Assembly (NCBI GenBank): GCA_030141605.1
Contig: JAQGDQ010001376.1
Coordinates: 1-43,906 of the forward strand
Reading direction: 5' to 3'
Source: Tubiluchus corallicola
Lineage: Eukaryota > Animalia > Priapulida
Length of the DNA: 43,906 nt
In this document: piece by piece, positions 37,501 through 43,906 of the stretch
Position numbering within the stretch: the stretch's first letter is position 1
Layout of the letters: each line of letters begins with the position of its first letter
Notes under the pieces: model-generated
Told to the model about the DNA's origin: nothing
Seen by the model: the letters and a program-made list of their open reading frames with translations, nothing else
Database searches by the model: none
Translations under genes and position numbers: made by a program

Positions 37501-40500
37501 AAACGAGGTTTCACACGTACCTGCCTCACCGTTAGACTGGGAAACGAGGTTTCACACGTACCCGCTTCACCGTTAGACTGGGAAACAAGGTTTCACACGT
37601 ACCCGCTTCACCGTTAGACTGGGAAGCGAGGTTTCACACGTACCTGCTTCACCGTTAGACTGGGAAGCAAGGTTTCACACGTACCTGCTTGACCGTTAGA
37701 CTGGGATACAAGGTTTCACACGTACCTGCTTCACCGTTAGACTGGGAAAATACCCGTTTATCACCAGGTGATCTGAGGGTAGTAAATATTTGTTCCGGAA
37801 TTCGTCGATGATGACCCGTTTTGAACCGAGTCCGTACAGCAGGATATTGTACCCTTCACTTAAACATAAAATGCAAAAAATGAAAAATTTACTAGAAAAG
37901 CAAAACGGGTTTGTTTTGTTGTTTACAGTAAAACAAGTTGTAAACAATTGGGTAAACATGTTTGTTTTGTTGTTTACAGTAAAACAAACTGGTAAACAAT
38001 TGGGTAAACATGTTTGTTTTGTTGTTTACAGTAAAACAAGCTAGTAATCAATTGGGTAAACATGTTTGTTTTGTTGTTTACAGTAAAACAAGCTAGTAAT
38101 CAATTGGGTAAACATGTTTGTTTTGTTGTTTACAGTAAAACAAACTTGTAATCAATTGGGTAAACATGTTTGTTTTGTTGTTTACAGTAAAACAAGCTAG
38201 TAATCAATTGGGTAAACATGTTTGTTTTGTTGTTTACAGTAAAACCAGTTGTAAACAATTAGGTAAACATGTTTGTTTTGTTGTTTACAGTAAAACAAAC
38301 TGGTAAGCAATTGGGTAAACATGTTTGTTTTGTTGTTTACAGTAAAACAAGTTGTAAACAATTGGGTAAACATGTTTGTTTTGTTGTTTACAGTAAAACA
38401 AACTGGTAAGCAATTGGGTAAACATGTTTGTTTTGTTGTTTACAGTAAAACAAACTGGTAAGCAATTGGGTAAACATGTTTGTTTTGTTGTTTACAGTAA
38501 AACAAACTTGTAAACAATTGGGTAATCATGTTTGTTTTGTTGTTTACAGTAAAACAAACTGGTAAACAATTGGGTAAACATGTTTGTTTTGTTGTTTACA
38601 GTAAAACAAACTGGTAAACAATTGGGTAAACATGTTTGTTTTGTTGTTTACAGTAAAACAAGCTAGTAATCAATTGGGTAAACATGTTTGTTTTGTTGTT
38701 TACAGTAAAACAAGCTAGTAATCAATTGGGTAAACATGTTTGTTTTGTTGTTTACAGTAAAACAAACTTGTAATCAATTGGGTAAACATGTTTGTTTTGT
38801 TGTTTACAGTAAAACAAGCTAGTAATCAATTGGGTAAACATGTTTGTTTTGTTGTTTACAGTAAAACAAGCTAGTAATCAATTGGGTAAACATGTTTGTT
38901 TTGTTGTTTACAGTAAAACCAGTTGTAAACAATTGGGTAAACACGTTTGTTTTGTTGTTTACAGTAAAACCAGTTGTAAACAATTGGGTAAACATGTTTG
39001 TTTTGTTGTTTACAGTAAAACCAGTTGTAAACAATTGGGTAAACATGTTTGTTTTGTTGTTTACAGTAAAACAAGTTGTAAACAATTGGGTAAACATGTT
39101 TGTTTTGTTGTTTACAGTAAAACAAACTGGTAAACAATTGGGTAAACATGTTTGTTTTGTTGTTTACAGTAAAACAAACTCGTAAACAATTGGGTAAACA
39201 TGTTTGTTTTGTTGTTTACAGTAAAACAAACTCGTAAACAATTGGGTAAACATGTTTGTTTTGTTGTTTACAGTAAAACAAACTCGTAAAAAATTGGGTA
39301 AACATGTTTGTTTTGTTGTTTACAGTAAAACAAACTTGTAAACAATTGGGTAAACATGTTTGTTTTGTTGTTTACAGTAAAACAAGTTGTAAACAATTGG
39401 GTAAACACGTTTGTTTTGTTGTTTACAGTAAAACCAGTTGTAAACAATTGGGTAAACATGTTTGTTTTGTTGTTTACAGTAAAACAAACTGGTAAACAAT
39501 TGGGTAAACATGTTTGTTTTGTTGTTTACAGTAAAACAAACTCGTAAAAAATTGGGTAAACATGTTTGTTTTGTTGTTTACAGTAAAACAAACTTGTAAA
39601 CAATTGGGTAAACATGTTTGTTTTGTTGTTTACAGTAAAACAAGTTGTAAACAATTGGGTAAACACGTTTGTTTTGTTGTTTACAGTAAAACCAGTTGTA
39701 AACAATTGGGTAAACATGTTTGTTTTGTTGTTTACAGTAAAACAAACTGGTAAACAATTGGGTAAACATGTTTGTTTTGTTGTTTACAGTAAAACAAACT
39801 CGTAAACAATTGGGTAAACATGTTTGTTTTGTTGTTTACAGTAAAACAAACTCGTAAACAATTGGGTAAACATGTTTGTTTTGTTGTTTACAGTAAAACA
39901 AACTCGTAAAAAATTGGGTAAACATGTTTGTTTTGTGGTTTACAGTAAAACAAACTCGTAAACAATTGGGTAAACATGTTTGTTTTGTGGTTTACAGTAA
40001 AACCAGTTGTAAACAATTGGGTAAACATGTTTGTTTTGTGGTTTACAATAAAACAAACTTGTAAACAATTGGGTAAACATGTTTGTTTTGTTGTTTACAA
40101 TAAAACAAACTTGTAAACAATTCGGTAAACATGTTTGTTTTGTTGTTTACAGTAAAATAAACTTGTAAAAAATTGGGTAAACATGTTTGTTTTGTTGTTT
40201 ACAGTAAAACAAACTTGTAAACAATTGGGTAAACATGTTTGTTTTGTTGTTTACTGTAAAACAAACTGGTAAACAATTGGGTAAACATGTTTGTTTTGTT
40301 GTTTACAGTAAAACAAACTTGTAAACAATTGGGTAAACATGTTTGTTTTGTTGTTTACAGTAAAACAAACTTGTAAACAATTGGGTAAACATGTTTGTTT
40401 TGTTGTTTACTGTAAAACAAACTGGTAAACAATTGGGTAAACATGTTTGTTTTGTTGTTTACAGTAAAACAAACTCGTAAAAAATTAGGTAAACATGTTT

Positions 40501-42536
40501 GTTTTGTTGTTTACAGTAAAACAAACTTGTAAACAATTGGGTAAACATGTTTGTTTTGTTGTTTACAGTAAAACAAACTTGTAAAAAATTGAGTAAACAC
40601 ATTTGTTTTGTTGTTTACAGTAAAACAAGTTGTAAACAATTGCGTAAACACGTTTGTTTTGTTGTTTACAGTAAAACGAGTCGTAAACAATTGCGTAAAC
40701 ACGTTTGTTTTGTGGTTTACAGTAAAACAAACTTGTAAACAATTGGTAAACATGTTTGTTTTGTTGTTTACAGTAAAACAAGTCGTAAACAATTGGGTAA
40801 ACATGTTTGTTTTGTTGTTTACAGTAAAACAAGTTGTAAACAATTGGGTAAACACGTTTGTTTTGTTGTTTACAGTAAAACCAGTTGTAAACAATTGAGT
40901 AAACACGTTTGTTTTGTTGTTTACAATGAAGCAAGTAGCTAAGCAGATCTGATTCATTGTTTACAGTAACAAGTAACAATACTACAAGTTACAAAACGTG
41001 AAATTGAAACCTAACCTCAACTGAAACATCCATTTCTCAAACAAACACCTATGCTCCTCGTAGAGGGCAGCACATTCCGCCCGATGAGAAACCGGGGCGC
41101 TTTTCAGCACCGAGAGCAACTCGTCCTGATTGAGCCGGGGATTCCGGAGCCGAGACAGCGTACGATCGGATGTCGTGGATGCGGAGCTCGCGTGGGCGTC
41201 GAAGTAATCTTCCACCATTTGTTGCTAAAGAAGAAAAAAATTAAACAAGAAGGAAAAAGTAACAAAATGCACAACGTTTCAAAACTACCACTGTAATTCT
41301 TCAGGTGAACATTTAAGGTAACAGTTTGAAGCTTTAATTTAAGAAAACTTGTTTTTAAAGTTTAAAAAAACGTCTAAAACTGACAACTCCACCATTAATG
41401 ACCATATTTGTGCTTCTGACCACAAAGTTCATTTTAATAATTTCAGCATTGTGACCAGAGCTACAAATAATTAAGATTTATCAATAAAAGAAAGTTTATC
41501 TATGTACCCAAATAAACCTTCTCTTAATGTACAAAGCAGTTCAATTCTATTAACTTTATTTTCAAACACTTAGCTATTTGTTACTGCATCAAATTCTTTT
41601 CTATAAGTCGGCTTAATCATTACGTTTTGTAAATACATAATTAGTGCATAATTTACTGTATGAATTTCTTTTCTTCAGGTCTGCTTAATCATTACCTATT
41701 TGGCTTCTGTTAATTATGTAATTAGTGCATAATCTTTTTCCACAGTAATCTCAATAAAACGTGACTATGCTCAACAGGTTACTGAACACTTTATAATCAC
41801 AGTTTTTCTTAGTTCTCGCTCCATTTCATCTTTCCTTCACTACTCCCCCTCCCCACTTTTATGTATATATTATCATTATTTCTATTATTAATCACTTCTT
41901 TAAGATTTCCACGTACAGTTTGGCCTGTCAAGCTATGCTTTTAGGCTCAAACTGTGTGCATCAAAATTATTCTGTAATGTAATTTGCACATGTATATGCT
42001 GCATAAGAATCTCTTTTGTAATTTCTGGATAATATTACATTTATATTTATATTCACTTCAGTGAAATTATCTGTATTTTTATTATAATTGTTAGATACAG
42101 AGTGGAAATAAATAAACTTATAACTTATTAATAGTTTCTGCCTACATAAACTGGTTGTACGTTTGTAAATTTACCACTGATGATGACAGCAGGAGCCTGT
42201 CGAAACGTTTGATTTTAATTTTTAACTTTTTAATGTAAAAGTTTTTAATAAAGTTGTCTTATTTTTAAACTCGTTTTTACATTAAATTTGACCTTTAAAC
42301 AAAATGATTTTAATTTACTTGATCAAGCTCCAATCTACTCCTGAGATACCTCCTAGTTGAAATTTGTCCAGTAGATGGCTCTGCCCGGTGGGTCGATCGA
42401 GTACAAGCCGACCGAGCGACCGAGGTCAGTTCTTCGGCAGCTGCGGCGCTCTCATCCTTATCGTTGCCATCATCACTGTCAGTGTCATCATCACTGGATG
42501 AATCTTGGACATCGGTCAGGTTAAGGTCAACCAGGC
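28593..42536 (-). CDS. ORC2: Origin recognition complex subunit 2, 3' nine exons: 42536..42319, 41224..41016, 37858..37726, 36722..36620, 33420..33280, 31761..31648, 30545..30426, 29390..29272, 28676..28593 (stop)
   Basis: All introns are GT-AG with matching phases. Peptides [124 protein letters not shown] and DGMEYLQIP match recalled ORC2. The 5' exons lie beyond the window. Confidence 0.95.
29961..30369. mobile_element. Degenerate hAT-like MITE
   Basis: Ends CAGTGTTACCA/TGGAAACCCTG, subterminal GTCAGGGAAA repeats, and flanks that share GTACA. Confidence 0.5.
30590..31000 (+). mobile_element. Possible Helentron/HINE (DINE-1-like) non-autonomous element
   Basis: (CTGT)n microsatellites and a duplicated core ATACTTG..CATG..GGTATGACTCAAACTCGGAACC. 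Termini not resolved. Confidence 0.35.
31240..31648. repeat. 82-bp unit x5 starting at an ORC2 splice donor
   Basis: CTCACAAAG at 31241, 31323, 31404, 31486 and 31568. Confidence 0.92.
31965..32172. repeat. (TATAG)n microsatellite
   Basis: Direct reading. Confidence 0.98.
32275..32858. mobile_element. hAT (Tip100-like) MITE
   Basis: 13-bp TIR TAGGGTTACCATA/TATGGTAACCCTA; flanks ATTTTGTA/ATTTTGGT (6/8). Confidence 0.8.
33450..34136. mobile_element. TTAA-specific (piggyBac-like) MITE
   Basis: TIR CTCCTTCAG/CTGAAGGAG flanked by TCAA and TTAA. Confidence 0.55.
34284..36160. repeat. 44-45-bp minisatellite, ~42 copies
   Basis: AAAGATAAACTATTTTTCTAAATTTTTACTGTGAATCAACTGCTT and variants. Confidence 0.97.
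36925..37006. repeat. (AAGTR)n microsatellite
   Basis: Direct reading. Confidence 0.95.
37145..37749. repeat. 41-bp minisatellite (~15 copies) built from an ORC2 exon end and donor
   Basis: Minus-strand unit TTCCCAGTCTAACGGTGARGCAG|GTACGTGTGAAACCTCGT. Confidence 0.97.
37905..40925. repeat. 51-52-bp minisatellite, ~58 copies
   Basis: AAACATGTTTGTTTTGTTGTTTACAGTAAAACAAACTTGTAAACAATTGGGT and variants. Confidence 0.97.
42173..42213 (+). ncRNA. Minimal hammerhead ribozyme motif of Penelope-like element type
   Basis: acca-CTGATGA-t-GACAG-caggagc-CTGTC-GAAA-CG-TT-tgat. Intact core, perfect 5-bp stem II, palindromic AACGTT stem III, stem I with one mismatch, and downstream AATAAA. Confidence 0.65.
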
Positions 42537-42591
42537 CTGGAATTAATTAAAAATGAAAATTAATTAAATGTAATGTAAGATTTATTTATAT

Positions 42592-43114
42592 CAGGGATGA
42601 GAATGACAAATTGCAAAAAACTCTGAAACAGGCCGGGGGTTTTGGGGCCACCTAGGCCCCCAATGGGGTTGAGGGGCAAAGCCCCCTGTGGATCCAGCAA
42701 CAAATTGCAATTTTGTGACCATGGAGAGCCTCTAAGTGGACTTCAAATATCAATTACCTTGTTTCATGCATAATTTAAAATACTCAACTATCAAGGATAC
42801 ATGATACCTAATTGTCTCAAAAATGCCTAAGTACTGGCCGCTCCTATGCAAAAGTATATAAAAACTGTCTGCAATTGACTCAAATAACTCCGCACAATTG
42901 ATTCTATATTTTTATACATAGAGATCTACACGTGGTTACACTGATGTACGTGATGTAAACAAAGTGACGGCCTGCCACCTAGCGGTCAGCTTGTGAAATA
43001 ATGTACTGGGTCCGTAAAAATTTTCTCAACGAATTTACGCAATTTACAAAAATGGCACTACTGGTCTTCCAAAAACTCGGAATTCCGCGTATCCGCGGAA
43101 AATTCTCATCCCTG
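42592..43114 (+). mobile_element. hAT-like MITE, same family
   Basis: Same TIRs; 8-bp TSD ATTTATAT/GTTTATAT (7/8). Confidence 0.88.
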
Positions 43115-43199
43115 GTTTATATATCGCATTACATCATTTGAAATCTCAGCACGCTAAACAATAATTTATAAAATATATCAAATTGCTCGGTTGTTGTTT

Positions 43200-43400
43200 C
43201 AGACATACAAACTCTTAAAACACTACATGGTTTGGCACCTGCTTACCTTACTGATCTTTTAAAACGAAAGAAACGTAAAACTTAAAAGACATTAAAAATA
43301 ATTCATCATAAAAAGTAAAATTTTAAGATGTTGTTAAAAACAGTCTAATGAATTTGTAGAAAGTAGAGCAACAGGTAAGTTATTCCAGAGACGTGGAGCT
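43200..43400. mobile_element. L2/CR1-group LINE ORF2 C-terminal relics
   Basis: Plus strand KTLHGLAPAYLTDL (~43218..43260). Minus strand APRLWNNLPVALLSTNSLDCF*QHLKILL (~43400..43312). Both resemble recalled L2-type C-terminal motifs. Confidence 0.6.
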
Positions 43401-43906
43401 CAGACAGGTAAGTTATTCCAGAGACGTGAAGCTCAGACAGGTAAGTTATTTCAGAGACGTGGAACTCAGACAGGTAAGTTATTTCAGAGACGTGAAGCTC
43501 AGACAGGTAAGTTATTTCAGAGACGTGGAACTCAGACAGGTAAGTTATTCCAGAGACGTGGAGCTCAGACAGGTAAGTTATTCCAGAGACGTGAAGCTCA
43601 GACAGGTAAGTTATTTCAGAGACGTGGAACTCAGACAGGTAAGTTATTCCAGAGACGTGAAGCTCAGACAGGTAAGTTATTCCAGAGACGTGGAGCTCAG
43701 ACAGGTAAGTTATTCCAGAGACGTGGAGCTCAGACAGGTAAGTTATTCCAGAGACGTGAAGCTCAGACAGGTAAGTTATTTCAGAGACGTGGAACTCAGA
43801 CAGGTAAGTTATTTCAGAGACGTGAAGCTCAGACAGGTAAGTTATTTCAGAGACGTGGAACTCAGACAGGTAAGTTATTCCAGAGACGTGGAGCTCAGAC
43901 AGGTAA
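43371..43906. repeat. 33-bp minisatellite running off the window end
   Basis: ACAGGTAAGTTATTCCAGAGACGTGGAGCTCAG period 33. Confidence 0.97.

Noticed and set aside
43200-43400. Twin-priming inversion of one LINE
   Set aside because: The two relics are convergent with the 3' end at the junction, which is not the twin-priming geometry.
14200-43906. CRISPR-like regular arrays (32, 30, 45, 41, 52 and 33 bp)
   Set aside because: They are head-to-tail units with no unique spacers, there are no cas genes, and the context is eukaryotic.

Overview
This is AT-rich, intron-rich animal genomic DNA. The 5S-like sequence suggests an invertebrate, possibly a lophotrochozoan, but this is uncertain. It is not prokaryotic and has no CRISPR array. 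The left 26 kb consists of two adjacent giant inverted duplications. IR1 has arms ~4..4991 and 5652..~10629 around a 660-bp spacer, and each arm carries three internal VPS13D exons. IR2 has arms 11956..18274 and 19708..26000 around a ~1.43-kb spacer, and each arm carries the last three exons of a TAX1BP1/CALCOCO-like autophagy receptor with two UBZ fingers. In both, the gene fragments point away from the centre and lack their 5' exons. The IR2 inner junction shows fold-back microhomology. The right 15 kb holds nine phase-consistent exons of ORC2 on the minus strand, running to the stop codon. Introns are filled with MITEs, a 5S-headed RTE-type SINE, minimal hammerhead motifs of Penelope type, and minisatellites that repeatedly start at splice sites. 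Most ORFs in the supplied track are by-products of repeats. The sequence alone cannot decide whether the palindromes are real or are amplification/assembly chimeras. All gene and family calls come from recalled homology, not from database searches.
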